Part shown: positions 7,528 through 7,533 of the stretch, in pieces
How the letters are laid out: each line of letters opens with the position of its first letter
Position numbering within the stretch: the first letter of the stretch is position 1
Assembly: GCF_000143415.4 (NCBI RefSeq)
Contig: NW_003314402.1
Location: 1 to 7,533 of the forward strand
Origin: Selaginella moellendorffii
Lineage: Eukaryota > Plantae > Lycopodiophyta
DNA length: 7,533 nucleotides
Reading direction: 5' to 3'
Translations under genes and position numbers: made by a program
The notes under the pieces: generated by a model
The model's database searches: none
Seen by the model: only the letters and a program-made list of their open reading frames with translations
Told to the model about the DNA's origin: nothing

Positions 7528-7533
7528 CTGAGT

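Larger units (their letters stand above)
3326..7533 (-). mobile_element. Ty3/Gypsy (Metaviridae) LTR retrotransposon, element A: degenerate internal region gag-PR-RT-RH-IN. The 5' end runs off the window and the 3' end is truncated (no PPT or 3' LTR).
   Basis: The domain order PR-RT-RH-IN is diagnostic of Ty3/Gypsy. Motifs read directly: CX2CX4HX4C (6862-6821), LVDTGS (D 6537), FIDD (5535-5524), DAS..E..DH..ADAL, HHCC (4361-4236), D-D35-E (4151/3972/3864), WKGPY (3445-3431), VHVQRLK (to 3335). Frameshifts near 7020, 6820-6740, 5104, 4030 and 3460. Stops at 7015-7013 (TAA), 5295-5293, 5024-5022 and 4847-4845 (TAG). Confidence 0.97.

Noticed and set aside
2494-7533. Fungal RIP as the cause of decay
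   Set aside because: CpA/TpG sites remain abundant and CpG changes are common. The CpA changes seen are mostly in CAG context. This was judged by eye, not counted.
1-7533. Prokaryotic RT systems (retron, DGR, group II intron), CRISPR array, tRNA/rRNA genes
   Set aside because: The RT sits in a PR-RT-RH-IN polyprotein typical of LTR elements. No regularly spaced repeat-spacer array or structural RNA signature was seen.

Overview
Eukaryotic, probably land-plant, repeat-rich DNA with no intact gene. Everything recognisable is on the minus strand. (1) 7533->~3326 is the internal region of a GC-richer Ty3/Gypsy LTR retrotransposon (element A). Its order is gag (capsid + CCHC knuckle), protease, RT, RNase H, integrase (HHCC, D-D35-E, GPY). 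It is inactivated by about 5 indels and at least 4 nonsense codons. Its gag-pol junction keeps a clear -1 ribosomal frameshift cassette: G GGA AAC, a 6-nt spacer and an H-type pseudoknot. The 744-aa ORF in the track is an accidental frame fusion. (2) At ~3326-3328 element A stops at the end of integrase, with no PPT or LTR, and joins directly to a more decayed, AT-rich, chromovirus-like Gypsy fragment (element B, RNase H to start of integrase core, 3327->~2494). (3) ~2369->1997 looks like a heavily decayed L1-type LINE endonuclease N-terminus. (4) 1-1990 is AT-rich and unassigned, with two exon-like segments and small repeats. The substitution pattern (CG and CAG/CHG C->T) fits plant-type DNA methylation. 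I found no convincing new multi-gene system. The best leads are the frameshift pseudoknot, the lineage of element A and the chimeric junction. All family assignments come from motif recognition by eye, not from database searches.
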